Shown here in pieces: positions 20,026 to 29,605 of a stretch of DNA of 64,000 nt. The notes beneath the pieces are model-generated. The model saw only the letters and a list, made by a program, of their open reading frames with translations. It had not been told where the DNA came from and searched no databases. Both the position numbers and the translations under genes were made by a program. The DNA comes from Aquificaceae bacterium (GTDB taxonomy: Bacteria; Aquificota; Aquificia; Aquificales; Aquificaceae), in the NCBI GenBank assembly GCA_037925075.1, contig JAXSNR010000001.1, positions 416,001 through 480,000 on the forward strand, in the 5' to 3' direction. How positions within the stretch are numbered: position 1 is the stretch's first letter; each line of letters opens with the position of its first letter.

Positions 20026-21245
20026 ACCTTCTGCTTTTCCAAGACTTCCTTTATCTCTCCCACAAGATATAGAGAGCCAAGCACCAAAAGGTCCTCTTCT
20101 ATCTCAAGCACCTGCTCTGAGCCATCAAGGACGGTGATCTCTCTAAAGCCCAAAGCCTTTGCCCTCTCGTAAAGAATTGGCATATCTTCGCCTCTGTGAT
20201 GTCTCAGTGGGACAAGGTATATTCTGTCAGATAGCTCTCTCAGGTAGGGAAGGGAAAGCTCCCATTCCTTGTCTTTTAATGCGGTAAATACGGGAGTAAT
20301 CCTTCCCATGTGTTTTTTTACTTCTCTTACCACCCTTGCAACACCATCGGGGTTGTGGGCTCCGTCCAGCAAAAGCAAGGGCTTTTCTCTGACCACCTCC
20401 ATCCTACCTTCCCATTTTGTGGTTTTTAGGGCATCTCTTAGGGCATTTTCTTTTAGGTCTATGAGCAATCCCGCAGCCCTTATGGCAAGGCTTGCGTTAT
20501 CCACCTGATACCTTCCCCATAGACCAAGCTCCACACCATCAAGCCTTAGCCCTTCATCCTCGTAAAACTCCATAAGTGTTTTTGTACCTTCAACCCTGCC
20601 GTAGGAGAAAAAGTCAATACCTGCAACCAAAAGGTCCCTTTTGTCGCATATCTCCAAAGCCTTTGGATAGAGGGGGAACCGCATACTTCCAAGAGCTAAG
20701 GGTTTTCCCTCCCTGTATATGCCCAGTTTTTCCATAGCCCTGCTTTCACAATCCCTTCCCAGCCATTTTGTGTGGTCCCTTTGGACGTTGGTTATAACGC
20801 ATACTTCGGGCTGGCATACCTTAGTGGCATCCCATCTTCCACCCATGCCCACTTCAAATACTGCAAAATCCACCTTCTCCTCTTCAAAGTACAAAAGGGC
20901 TATAAGGGTGCATGCTTCAAAGTAGGTAAGCTCAAACTTTTCAAAAATGTGCTTTAACCTTTCCACGTATTCAGAAAGCCTTTGTTCAGATATCTTTTCT
21001 CCGTTTATCCTCCACCTTTCCCTCTCATCAAAAAGATGGGGAGAGACAAACCATCCCACCTTATAGCCATGGTGTTTAAGTATGTTCTGGGCAAAGGCAC
21101 AGGTGGAGCCCTTTCCATTAGTGCCACCCACTTGAAGGGAGATGTATGAAGGTCTAAAAGAAAGATAGCTTACAGCTTTCTCTATCCTATCCAGAGTGGG
21201 AACTATACGGTAATCTTTACCCTTGTAGAGGTCATAAAGTGGCAT
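20022..21245 (-). CDS. folC: Folylpolyglutamate synthase/dihydrofolate synthase
   Basis: GTNGKGST, SPHL, EVGMGGRWDAT, DGAHN, GSLYLVG. Confidence 0.93.
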   Translation of the reverse strand: MPLYDLYKGKDYRIVPTLDRIEKAVSYLSFRPSYISLQVGGTNGKGSTCAFAQNILKHHGYKVGWFVSPHLFDERERWRINGEKISEQRLSEYVERLKHIFEKFELTYFEACTLIALLYFEEEKVDFAVFEVGMGGRWDATKVCQPEVCVITNVQRDHTKWLGRDCESRAMEKLGIYREGKPLALGSMRFPLYPKALEICDKRDLLVAGIDFFSYGRVEGTKTLMEFYEDEGLRLDGVELGLWGRYQVDNASLAIRAAGLLIDLKENALRDALKTTKWEGRMEVVREKPLLLLDGAHNPDGVARVVREVKKHMGRITPVFTALKDKEWELSLPYLRELSDRIYLVPLRHHRGEDMPILYERAKALGFREITVLDGSEQVLEIEEDLLVLGSLYLVGEIKEVLEKQKV

Positions 21246-21260
21246 AAAGTTTAATTATAG

Positions 21261-21274
21261 CCCCCCGAAGGGGG
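21261..21274 (-). terminator. C(UUCG)G hairpin just downstream of the cold-shock gene (terminator or 3' stability element)
   Basis: CCCCC-TTCG-GGGGG on the minus strand, 6 nt after the stop; no U-tract follows. Confidence 0.5.
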
Positions 21275-21280
21275 TAAGGT

Positions 21281-21490
21281 TTAAGACAGGACTCTTACGT
21301 TCTTTGCCCTTAAACCCTTTGTATCTTGTTCTACCTCAAACTCAACCCTTTGCCCTTGTTCAAGGGTTTTGAAGCCCCTTTGCTGTATGGCGGAGAAGTG
21401 AACGAACACATCCCCCTGATTGTCATCACGGGTTATAAAGCCATAACCCTTTTCCTTGCTGAACCATTTGACTGTGCCTGTAAGTGACAT
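21281..21490 (-). CDS. Cold-shock protein (CspA family)
   Basis: GTVKWF, KGYGFI (RNP1), DVFVHF (RNP2). Confidence 0.97.
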   Translation of the reverse strand: MSLTGTVKWFSKEKGYGFITRDDNQGDVFVHFSAIQQRGFKTLEQGQRVEFEVEQDTKGLRAKNVRVLS

Positions 21491-21577
21491 GGAACAAAAA
21501 CCTCCTTAAAATAAAGTATTAATGAGCAAGCTCAGAAAGGTAGGCGCCCTCCCTTTCTTTACTTACTCTAAAACATA

Positions 21578-21606
21578 ATCATAAACCCACCTCTTGTCTT
21601 TGTCAA
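21578..21606 (-). promoter_or_regulatory. Sigma70 promoter of the cold-shock gene (about 80-nt 5' UTR)
   Basis: TTGACA (21606-21601), 17-nt spacer, TATGAT (21583-21578). Confidence 0.75.
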
Positions 21607-21622
21607 GGGGCAGGCATATAAT
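21594..21622 (+). promoter_or_regulatory. Sigma70 promoter of tatA-tatA, overlapping the csp promoter
   Basis: TTGTCT (21594-21599), 17-nt spacer, TATAAT (21617-21622); AGGAGG SD downstream. Confidence 0.7.
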
Positions 21623-21644
21623 TAAAAGGCAAGGAGGTAAAAGC

Positions 21645-21824
21645 ATGCACTTTCCATTACCTTGGCAGATAGTCCTTATACTTCTTGTGGTCCTTGTTAT
21701 ATTTGGTGCTTCAAAGCTACCCGAGTTTGGTAAGGGCTTGGGTGAGGGCATAAGGAACTTCAAAAAGGCTCTTGCGGGCGAGACAGAGGAGGAGAAAAAA
21801 CCTGAAAAGAAGGAGCAGGCATGA
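21645..21824 (+). CDS. tatA: Twin-arginine translocase TatA/E subunit (copy 1)
   Basis: MHFPLPWQ, TM ending FG, KLPE, amphipathic GEGIRNFKK; start at ATG 21645 after AGGAGG. Confidence 0.93.
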   Translation: MHFPLPWQIVLILLVVLVIFGASKLPEFGKGLGEGIRNFKKALAGETEEEKKPEKKEQA

Positions 21825-22018
21825 TACCACAGCTCTCCTTTACTGAAATCCTGCTTATACTGGTGGTGGTTATGGTCTTGTTTGGAGCGGGTAGGCTTCC
21901 AGAGGTTGGAAGAGCCCTCGGCGAAGGCATAAGAAACTTCAAAAGGGCCTTCTCCGGTGAGGAGGAAAAGGTAAAGGAGGTAAAGGGCCAAGAAGTGAAA
22001 GAGGGAGAAAGAACTTAG
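21821..22018 (+). CDS. tatA: Twin-arginine translocase TatA/E subunit (copy 2)
   Basis: TEILLIL...LFGAGRLPEVG...GEGIRNFKR; ATGA overlap with copy 1. Confidence 0.93.
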   Translation: MIPQLSFTEILLILVVVMVLFGAGRLPEVGRALGEGIRNFKRAFSGEEEKVKEVKGQEVKEGERT

Positions 22019-22431
22019 CCTTCACCTAACTTTTCCCTTACTACCCTTCCCAGTATACCGTTTACAAACCTTGCGGATTTTTTACCCGCGTACTTTTGTG
22101 CCAACTTTACATAGTCAGAAACTGTAAGCTTGGGGTTTTTCACACCCACATACAAAAACTCCGCAAGGGCTATCCTTAGTATGTTCCTTTCTATGTAGCC
22201 AACCCTGTCTATGTCCCACCCTTCTGAGAGCTCCGCTATAAGCTTGTCAATGTTGGTGGAGTTATCCATGTAGGTCCTTACCAGTTTTCTGATGTATCTT
22301 CTGTGGTCTTGTAGGCTTATGCGGTTTGCAGATATGTATTCCTCCACAAGGTCTTCCATGGGTTCGCCCTTCATATCCCACTGATAGAGGACCAAAAAGG
22401 CATCCCTTCTTGCTTTTGGCTTGTATATCAT
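22015..22431 (-). CDS. nusB: Transcription antitermination factor NusB
   Basis: [26 protein letters not shown]; follows ribH. Confidence 0.93.
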   Translation of the reverse strand: MIYKPKARRDAFLVLYQWDMKGEPMEDLVEEYISANRISLQDHRRYIRKLVRTYMDNSTNIDKLIAELSEGWDIDRVGYIERNILRIALAEFLYVGVKNPKLTVSDYVKLAQKYAGKKSARFVNGILGRVVREKLGEG

Positions 22432-22892
22432 TCAAGGTTTCTCAGAAGATTTACCATTTCTATGGTGGAAAGTGCTGCCTCCCAACCCTTGTTGCCTTGC
22501 TTTGTTCCCGCCCTTTCTATGGCTTGCTCCAAGGTGTCCGCGGTTATAATACCAAAGCTAACAGGCTTACCTGTTTCAAGGCTCACCATGGCAAGACCCT
22601 TGGCTACCTCACTGGCTATGTATTCAAAGTGAGGTGTCTGCCCTCTTATGAGAACTCCAAGGGCAATAACGCCATCCACCCTTTTCCTGTTTATGAGCTC
22701 CTTCACAGCAAGAGGGATCTCCCAAGAACCGGGAACCCTAACAAGGTGTATGTTTTCTTGGACACCTCCATGCCTGAGTATGCAGTCCATAGCACCTTCT
22801 ATAAGCCTGTCCACAAGAAGATGGTTAAACCTGCTTGCCACAATGCCAAAGCTTATACCCTCTGCCTTCAGTATACCTTCATACTTCTCCAT
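22428..22892 (-). CDS. ribH: 6,7-dimethyl-8-ribityllumazine synthase
   Basis: [29 protein letters not shown]. Confidence 0.97.
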   Translation of the reverse strand: MEKYEGILKAEGISFGIVASRFNHLLVDRLIEGAMDCILRHGGVQENIHLVRVPGSWEIPLAVKELINRKRVDGVIALGVLIRGQTPHFEYIASEVAKGLAMVSLETGKPVSFGIITADTLEQAIERAGTKQGNKGWEAALSTIEMVNLLRNLE

Positions 22893-23739
22893 CGCCTAAC
22901 CTCCAGTTATCTATTAGCCTTGTGTCACCTACCCACACGGCAAGAAGTATTCTATCACCCACCTTCGCCTCGCTAACAGGCCTCAGCTCAGGGTCTGTTA
23001 TTTCCACATAGTCTACACCCTTTACATGGGGATGCCTTAATATAAACTCTCTTATAGCTTCTTTGAGAAGGGAAGCTTCTGTGTTGCCACCCTTAAAAAG
23101 CTTCTCCGCCAGAAGAAAGGACCTGTACAGGGAAAGGGCCGACTCCCTTTCCTCTGGGGAAAGGTAGGTGTTCCTTGAACTAAGGGCGAGCCCGTCAGGG
23201 TCTCTAACTGTAGGGACAGGTACTATTTCTACAGGCAGGCTAAAGTCCTTTACAAGCCTTTGGACCACCTTGAGTTGCTGATAGTCCTTTTCTCCGAAGT
23301 AGGCTCTGTCGGGTTGTATGATGTTAAATAGCTTTAGAACCACATTACATACACCACTGAAGTGTCCTGGTCTGAACTTCCCCTCCAATATGTCCGTTAG
23401 ACCCTTTATCTCAATGCCTACCAGAGGCTTTTCTGGATACATATCCTCGTCCGAGGGAGCAAAAACCACGTCCACGCCCTCCTCCTCGCATATACTTATG
23501 TCCCTTCCTAAGTCTCTGGGGTATCTTTCATAATCCTCGCCTTCACCAAACTGGAGGGGGTTTACGTATATGCTCACTACTGTTATGTCGTTCTGCATTT
23601 TTGATTCTCTTATGAGCCTTCTGTGTCCCTCATGAAGATAGCCCATGGTGGGTACAAAGCCTATACTCTGCCTGTTTTCACACCTTATAGACTTCAGATA
23701 ATTCCTTATCTCCCTTGGCTTTTTAAAAAGTGTAGGCAT
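22879..23739 (-). CDS. panC: Pantoate--beta-alanine ligase
   Basis: [42 protein letters not shown]. Confidence 0.97.
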   Translation of the reverse strand: MPTLFKKPREIRNYLKSIRCENRQSIGFVPTMGYLHEGHRRLIRESKMQNDITVVSIYVNPLQFGEGEDYERYPRDLGRDISICEEEGVDVVFAPSDEDMYPEKPLVGIEIKGLTDILEGKFRPGHFSGVCNVVLKLFNIIQPDRAYFGEKDYQQLKVVQRLVKDFSLPVEIVPVPTVRDPDGLALSSRNTYLSPEERESALSLYRSFLLAEKLFKGGNTEASLLKEAIREFILRHPHVKGVDYVEITDPELRPVSEAKVGDRILLAVWVGDTRLIDNWRLGDGEV

Positions 23740-23772
23740 GGCACATGGTTTAAGAAGATATAATTATAGCAC

Positions 23773-24351
23773 ATGTCTGCAAAAGGCACCTTTCTTATTC
23801 TTAGAAGGTTCAGGGCGGGCGACGAAGACATAATCCTGAAGGTTTATGGAACCTGTGGGCTCACCAAGGCTTTCGTGCCCAGTGGTCTTAGGGTAGAAAA
23901 GGGACTTTTGGGATATACGGAACTCTTCAACCTTATAAGCATTGTGTACAAACAATCGGGAGGCGTAATAATCCTTCAGGACCTTCTTGAAGTGGATTTT
24001 TTGTCCTATCTATCGCTTAAAGATTACAAAAGATATGTATGGATGAGTTCTCTTGCCCTTTTTGTGGAGAGGTGGTTTTTGCAGTATGACCCTGAGCTTT
24101 TTAATATGCTCCTTTTCTACATGAGCCTAAATCCAGAAAATCATGGAGTTTTCCTACTAAGGTTTAAGTTGGAGTTTCTAAAGCGTCTTGGACTCTATAA
24201 GGAAGATATTTTTGAGGAAAAGTTCAGGGGTTTTGTGAAAAAATTGGTAGAAGAACAAGCCATAAAAAGGCTTGAAAGGCTAAGGATAAGCCAAGAGCTT
24301 CTTACAAGGCTTGACCAAGCCATAAACTTTCATCTTTCTTCTTCTTTGTAA
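23773..24351 (+). CDS. recO: RecO-like DNA repair protein (N-terminal OB fold, short C-terminus)
   Basis: ILRR..GDEDIILKVY...G N-terminus resembles the RecO OB domain; C-terminal FKLEFLKRLG resembles the RecO helical region. Confidence 0.6.
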   Translation: MSAKGTFLILRRFRAGDEDIILKVYGTCGLTKAFVPSGLRVEKGLLGYTELFNLISIVYKQSGGVIILQDLLEVDFLSYLSLKDYKRYVWMSSLALFVERWFLQYDPELFNMLLFYMSLNPENHGVFLLRFKLEFLKRLGLYKEDIFEEKFRGFVKKLVEEQAIKRLERLRISQELLTRLDQAINFHLSSSL

Positions 24352-24809
24352 AGCTCCAATATCCTTTGGATGATCTTAGAAGTGGAGATATCAAACTCAA
24401 ACTCAACCCTTTCCACTCTCCCACCGTAGGAAAGTACCACGTCCGCACCTACTATATCTTTTATATCCCAGTCCGCACCCTTTACAAGCACATGCGGTCT
24501 TATGCTTTTTATAAGTTCAAGGGGTGTGTCTTCTTCAAACACCACCACATAATCCACGGGTTTGAGGCTGTCAAGCAAGTAAGCCCTCATGTGCTGGGGA
24601 ACTATTGGCCTTTTTGGACCTTTTATTCTTCTTATGGAGTTATCGGAGTTTAGTCCTACCACCAACACATCACCAAAGCTCTTTGCCTTTGCAAGGTAAT
24701 GGGCATGCCCCGCATGAAGCAGGTCAAAGCATCCATTGGTAAAGACTATCTTCTTATCTTTTCTCAGTGGCTCAAGAACCTTTAAAAGCTCCTCAAGACT
24801 AAGAACCAT
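24330..24809 (-). CDS. rfaE2: D-glycero-beta-D-manno-heptose 1-phosphate adenylyltransferase
   Basis: FTNGCFDLLHAGH, GLNSD, KGPKRPI, VKGADW, STS. Confidence 0.93.
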   Translation of the reverse strand: MVLSLEELLKVLEPLRKDKKIVFTNGCFDLLHAGHAHYLAKAKSFGDVLVVGLNSDNSIRRIKGPKRPIVPQHMRAYLLDSLKPVDYVVVFEEDTPLELIKSIRPHVLVKGADWDIKDIVGADVVLSYGGRVERVEFEFDISTSKIIQRILELYKEEER

Positions 24810-26250
24810 ATCTTCTTAGCATTATGGCGGTTGAGTATATCCTTTCGTACTCCTTGGCACTCTTCTCCCAAGAGAAATCCCTTTTCATGCATCTCTTTAC
24901 TATTTCCTGCCATTCCCTTGAATGGTCGCACATTTGCATATCGTAGTAAACTCTCGCCTTTAAGAGGGCATGCATAAGGTCTTTGCTTGAATACTCCTCA
25001 AAGGTAAAGCCGTTTCCCTCGTGGGGGTTGTCTACAAAGTCCAACACCGTATCCTTTAGACCACCCGTTGACCTAACTATGGGAACAGTGCCGTACCTCA
25101 TGGCTATCATCTGTGAGATACCGCAGGGTTCAAAAAGCGAAGGCATGAGAAAAATGTCCGCACCCGCAAAGATCTTGTGGGCAAGCTCCTCGTTGTACTC
25201 TATCCTCACCCTCACGCTTTCTGGGTGCCTTTTCATAAATTCTATAAGCATGTCTTGATACTTCTCCTCGCCAGAGCCCAGAAAAACAAAATCAAAACCC
25301 TCTCTAACCGCCTCACGGATTATACCCTGAACAAGGTCAAGGCCCTTTTGTGCGGTAAGCCTTGAGACCATACCTACAAGAGGTCTTTCATTGGGTGTTT
25401 TCAGTCCAAAGGTTTCTTTAAGATACTTTTTGTTGGCCATTTTACCTTTGGAGAAGGTTTTCAGGTTGTAGTGGTGTTCTATAAACCTGTCGGATTCGGG
25501 ATTCCAAACATCGTAGTCTATGCCGTTGAGGATGCCAAAGAAGTACTTTTTCTCCCTTATAAGACCCTCAAGCCCATAGGCGTATTGCCTGAGTTCTTCC
25601 GCATAGGAAGGGCTAACGGTGGTCAAAACATCGCAAAAGGCTATGCCAGCCTTGAGAAAGTTGATCCTACCGTAAAACTCTATTCCCGTAAAAGGGTGAT
25701 AAACATCCCAAGGTAGGTTCAAAAGGGGCAAAAAATGCGGGTCGTATATGCCCTGATGGAAGGCGTTGTGTATAGTGAATATGGTGGGAATATGGTTTAG
25801 CTCTTGGTAGTATAGATTTTTGTAAAGGGGCAAAAGCCCTGTATGCCAGTCATGCACATGTATTACATCGGGTTCCAAACGAAGGTTCTTTATGACCTCA
25901 AGGCTCGCCAAGGACAGAAAGCCAAACCTGAGAGGATTATCCTCGTATTCTCCCTTTGGAGTTGAGTATATGTGTTCTCTTTTATAATACTCGGGAAAGT
26001 CCAAAAAATAGTACCTTACGTGATCCTTTATGTCCTCAAAGAGGTTAAACTCCAACCATTGGTTTGTTAAAAAAACCTTTCCCTTAGCCACATCTTTGGA
26101 CTCTACCCTTACCTTTGAGTATTTGGGCATTATTACATAGACGGTATGTCCAAGCTTGATAAGTGCCTTTGCGAGAGAATGAACCACATCTCCGAGACCA
26201 CCCGCCTTTACAAAGGCGGAGCTTTCTGAAGCGACGAACACTATTTTCAT
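24799..26250 (-). CDS. glgA: Glycogen synthase (ADP-glucose)
   Basis: KAGGLGDV, HDWH, TIHN, SRLTAQKG, PSLFEPCG, TGGLKDTV. Confidence 0.95.
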   Translation of the reverse strand: MKIVFVASESSAFVKAGGLGDVVHSLAKALIKLGHTVYVIMPKYSKVRVESKDVAKGKVFLTNQWLEFNLFEDIKDHVRYYFLDFPEYYKREHIYSTPKGEYEDNPLRFGFLSLASLEVIKNLRLEPDVIHVHDWHTGLLPLYKNLYYQELNHIPTIFTIHNAFHQGIYDPHFLPLLNLPWDVYHPFTGIEFYGRINFLKAGIAFCDVLTTVSPSYAEELRQYAYGLEGLIREKKYFFGILNGIDYDVWNPESDRFIEHHYNLKTFSKGKMANKKYLKETFGLKTPNERPLVGMVSRLTAQKGLDLVQGIIREAVREGFDFVFLGSGEEKYQDMLIEFMKRHPESVRVRIEYNEELAHKIFAGADIFLMPSLFEPCGISQMIAMRYGTVPIVRSTGGLKDTVLDFVDNPHEGNGFTFEEYSSKDLMHALLKARVYYDMQMCDHSREWQEIVKRCMKRDFSWEKSAKEYERIYSTAIMLRRYGS

Positions 26251-26273
26251 AGCTCCCCTTAAAATTATAGTCC

Positions 26274-27092
26274 ATGGTGGACAGCCTTCTGTTAAGATTT
26301 ATTGAAGAGGACTTGGGACGGGGAGATATAACCACAGAGGGCGTGTTCAGAGGCGAAAAGGCAAGGGGGGTTATAAGGGCAAAGGAAGGTGGAGTGCTTG
26401 CGGGTGTAGAGTTTGCCTTTAGAGTGTTCCAGCTTTTGGGAGAGGTGAGGTTGATAAGTGCCAAGAGGGACGGAGAGGAGTTTTCAAAGGGTGATGAAAT
26501 TTTGGTGGTTGAAGGTCCTGCCCATGTGCTTTTGATGGGTGAGAGGGTAGCCCTTAATTTACTTCAAAGGCTAAGCGGAATAGCAACCCTTACAAGAGAT
26601 TTTGCGAAAGCCCTTGAAGGTACCAATATAAGACTTCTTGACACAAGGAAAACCACGCCGGGCATGAGATACTTTGAAAAGTACGCGGTAAGGGTGGGTG
26701 GCGGTCTTAACCACAGGTATGCCCTCTACGATATGGTGCTTATAAAGGACAACCACAAGGTGGTGGCAGGCGGTATAAGGGAGGCGGTCAAAAGGGTAAG
26801 GGAAAGGATAAGCCCAGTTTATAAGATTGAGGTAGAGGTGGAAAGCCTTCAAGAGCTTGAAGAAGCCCTTCAGTGTGGTGTTGATATGGTTCTACTTGAC
26901 AACTTCAGCCCTGATGAGGTAAAGAGAGCGGTAGAGTTAGCAAAAGGTAGGGTTATGGTGGAGGTGTCGGGCAACATAAACCTTCGGAACATAAGGTACT
27001 ATGCGGTGGAGGGCGTGGATTTTATATCAAGTGGTGCTTTGACCCATTCAGCCAGATGGCTTGACCTGAGCATGAGGCTTTTTAGAATATAA
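26274..27092 (+). CDS. nadC: Quinolinate phosphoribosyltransferase
   Basis: EDLGRGDITT, DTRKTTPG, NHR, LIKDNH, LLDN, SGN. Confidence 0.97.
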   Translation: MVDSLLLRFIEEDLGRGDITTEGVFRGEKARGVIRAKEGGVLAGVEFAFRVFQLLGEVRLISAKRDGEEFSKGDEILVVEGPAHVLLMGERVALNLLQRLSGIATLTRDFAKALEGTNIRLLDTRKTTPGMRYFEKYAVRVGGGLNHRYALYDMVLIKDNHKVVAGGIREAVKRVRERISPVYKIEVEVESLQELEEALQCGVDMVLLDNFSPDEVKRAVELAKGRVMVEVSGNINLRNIRYYAVEGVDFISSGALTHSARWLDLSMRLFRI

Positions 27093-27115
27093 TTATTTAG
27101 CTTAAGGAGGTTAGA

Positions 27116-27433
27116 ATGTTTCAGGTGCCTGAAGTTGGACCACAAGAAGCCAAAGAAATGCTTCGAGGGGATAAGGTTGTCCTTCTTGATGTTAGAACAC
27201 CGCAGGAACATATCCAACTTAGGATTCCCAACTCCGTGCTATTGCCCCTTGATGAGCTTAGGTATGCATACAAGGATCTTCCAAAAGATAAAACCTACAT
27301 AGTCTATTGTAGAAGTGGCGAACGAAGTGCCTTTGCGACATACTTTCTCAGGCACATGGGCTACGAAGCCTACAACCTTGCGGGTGGTATAATCCTGTGG
27401 CCCTACGAAAAGGAGTCTGGATCCCCTAAATGA
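27116..27433 (+). CDS. Single-domain rhodanese/sulfurtransferase
   Basis: LDVR, active-site loop CRSGERS, LAGGI..W; strong SD. Confidence 0.9.
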   Translation: MFQVPEVGPQEAKEMLRGDKVVLLDVRTPQEHIQLRIPNSVLLPLDELRYAYKDLPKDKTYIVYCRSGERSAFATYFLRHMGYEAYNLAGGIILWPYEKESGSPK

Positions 27434-28173
27434 AAAGGCTCCTGCCTATTACCTTTCTCATAGCAGGCTGTGGCATCAAAGCAAAGCCAGAGGTGCTAAA
27501 GGACCCGGAAGTTGAAATTAAGAGGATAGGCAAAAGGGTATATGTGAGAAGCCTTTCCGGAGAGGTTCGTATAAAAGGCTTTGAAAGAGAAGGCGATTAC
27601 TGGGTAAAAGAGGAAGAAAAGCCCTTCTGTTTTGTGGTGGAAAGGATAGAGGAAGCTTCTAAAAAGTTCTGTTTGGATGGAGCCCTTAGGGAGGAGCCTT
27701 CTTTGAAACTTGTGGAAGAGGAGGGCTTTGTAAAGCTTTATCCTTCTGGCTTTGAAGCTTACAGACTGTACGAGCTTAAAAATGGCTCTATTTTACTTGA
27801 GACTTCTAAGACTTTTAGAGAGGCCATAAGGTTAGAAAAAGATTACTGGGAAAGGTGCTACGCCCTTACGGGAATAAAGGGGGGTGTGGAGAGTGAGCCC
27901 TTAAAGTTTTGCATAAAGCCAAAGCCACCGCCTCCAGTGCCTGAAGTTGAGAAGCTGGAGCTAAGAGTAGGAAAACATAGCATTTATTTAGTTTGGTTCT
28001 ACAAGGGGGAGTACAGGGAATTTGTGGTGTATAAGGACAGGAAGGAGATAGGTAGGACTACAGGCTTTTCCTTTGAGACAGAACCGCCAAAGGTAAAGAC
28101 TACCTTTACCGTAAAGGTTGTAAGCCCACTGGGCTTTGAGAGTAAGGGTATATCTGTGGATTACAATCCGTAG
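27430..28173 (+). CDS. Lipoprotein with probable Fn3/Ig-like beta domains
   Basis: Lipobox IAG-C followed by CGIKAKP; Pro-rich linker; C-terminal LVW...TFTVKVVSPLGFES. Confidence 0.7.
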   Translation: MKRLLPITFLIAGCGIKAKPEVLKDPEVEIKRIGKRVYVRSLSGEVRIKGFEREGDYWVKEEEKPFCFVVERIEEASKKFCLDGALREEPSLKLVEEEGFVKLYPSGFEAYRLYELKNGSILLETSKTFREAIRLEKDYWERCYALTGIKGGVESEPLKFCIKPKPPPPVPEVEKLELRVGKHSIYLVWFYKGEYREFVVYKDRKEIGRTTGFSFETEPPKVKTTFTVKVVSPLGFESKGISVDYNP

Positions 28174-29588
28174 TATGCCGCAACAGCTGCGGATATTGCA
28201 AGGGCAAGGGTTTCGGGATCCTTTTCACCTTCTATTTCAAAATCATAGGTTGGTAGCTTTTCTTCTAAAAACCTTATGCCAAAGTTGCCCGATATGAAGT
28301 CTGGGTCTCTTATGATTTCCCTGTGGAGGGGTATATTGGTGGGAACGCCCCTTATTATAAACTCATCTATGGCCCTCCTTGCCCTTGCAACCACTCTGTC
28401 CCATGTAAGAGCCCAAACACTCATCTTGGCTATCATAGAGTCATAGTAGGGTGGTATCACATAGTCCTTATAGACACCCGCATCCATCCTTATACCCGGT
28501 CCTCCGGGTGAGTAATAGGCGGTTATCTTTCCGGGCGCTGGAGCAAAACTCCTTTTTGGGTCTTCCGCGTTTATCCTAAACTCAATGGCATAACCTCTAA
28601 AGGTTATATCGCTTTGCGTAAAGGGAAGGGGCTCACCCATGGCAACCCTTATCATGGTTTCTACTATATCTATGCCCGTTACCATCTCGGTAATGGTATG
28701 CTCCACCTGAAGGCGTGTGTTCATCTCTATGAAGTAAAACTCTCCACTTTTTAGGTCTACTAAGAACTCCAAAGTACCTGCACTGTAATAGCCCACTTGC
28801 ATCATTGCCCTTACGCTTAGCCCTAACATCTTCTGTCTTATATCCTTTGGAAGTACAGGGCATGGGGTTATTTCTATTACCTTTTGGTGTTTTCTTTGCA
28901 CAGAGCAATCCCTCTCACCCAGATGCACCACGTTGCCATACTTGTCTCCCAAAATCTGAACTTCTATATGCTTAGGATTGTCCAAATACTTTTCCACAAA
29001 AAGGTCACCCTTTCCAAAGAAGGTTTCCGCTTCTCTGTAGCCAGACTCAAAAAGTCTTGGCAGTTCTTCAAAGCTACGCACAACCCTCATACCCCTACCA
29101 CCGCCACCGTAGGCGGATTTAAGAATAATCGGAAGACCTATCTCTTTGGCGTAGTGCAAGGCATCTTCATAATTTTTTAGGGGTTCTGGAGAGCCCGGTA
29201 TGGTAGGAATACCAAGTTTTTGAAGTGCCACCTTTGACTTTACCTTGTCTCCAAAGAGTTCTATGTGTTCAGGAGAAGGTCCAATAAAAGTTATTCCCTT
29301 TTTCTCACAGTAGCGGGCAAAGTCTGCATTCTCCGCAAGAAAACCGTAGCCGGGGTGTATGGCATCCGCTCCTATGGACTTGGCAAGGTCTACAATTCTC
29401 ACATAGTCAAGGTAAGCCCTCACAGGATCACCGGGAATGAGGTAGGCTTCGTCCGCCTTTTTCACATACAAGGACTTTGTGTCCGCCTCCGAGTATATGG
29501 CTGCGGTTCTTATACCAAGCTCTTCACAGGCTCTTATGATTCTAAGGGCTACCTCTCCTCTGTTTGCTACAAGAACCTTTTTGAACAT
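28161..29588 (-). CDS. pycA: Biotin carboxylase, probably pyruvate carboxylase subunit A of the two-subunit type
   Basis: ANRGE, HPGYGFLAEN, GGGGRGM, ERDCSVQR, EMNTRLQVEH; the C-terminal AISAAVAAYYGL tail is typical of 2-oxoacid carboxylase A subunits. Substrate assignment is inferred. Confidence 0.75.
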   Translation of the reverse strand: MFKKVLVANRGEVALRIIRACEELGIRTAAIYSEADTKSLYVKKADEAYLIPGDPVRAYLDYVRIVDLAKSIGADAIHPGYGFLAENADFARYCEKKGITFIGPSPEHIELFGDKVKSKVALQKLGIPTIPGSPEPLKNYEDALHYAKEIGLPIILKSAYGGGGRGMRVVRSFEELPRLFESGYREAETFFGKGDLFVEKYLDNPKHIEVQILGDKYGNVVHLGERDCSVQRKHQKVIEITPCPVLPKDIRQKMLGLSVRAMMQVGYYSAGTLEFLVDLKSGEFYFIEMNTRLQVEHTITEMVTGIDIVETMIRVAMGEPLPFTQSDITFRGYAIEFRINAEDPKRSFAPAPGKITAYYSPGGPGIRMDAGVYKDYVIPPYYDSMIAKMSVWALTWDRVVARARRAIDEFIIRGVPTNIPLHREIIRDPDFISGNFGIRFLEEKLPTYDFEIEGEKDPETLALAISAAVAAYYGL

Positions 29589-29605
29589 GGTTTAAATTTT
29601 AACTC
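29589..29605. promoter_or_regulatory. Bidirectional leaderless promoter (pycA / MNT-HEPN)
   Basis: 17-bp spacer; + TAAATT 29593-29598 and - TAAAAT 29601-29596, each 7 nt from its ATG. Confidence 0.6.

Noticed and set aside
21730..21965. Imperfect direct repeat (GGCATAAGxAACTTCAAAA) considered as a CRISPR or mobile repeat
   Set aside because: It is the conserved GEGIRNFK coding segment of the two tatA paralogs.
22326..22976. 216-aa plus-strand ORF opposite nusB/ribH
   Set aside because: Antisense shadow; no homology cues.
24330..26250. glgA-rfaE2 coupling as an alternative ADP-glucose supply
   Set aside because: RfaE2 acts on beta-heptose 1-phosphate whereas GlgA needs alpha-linked ADP-glucose; adjacency is more simply explained by gene shuffling.
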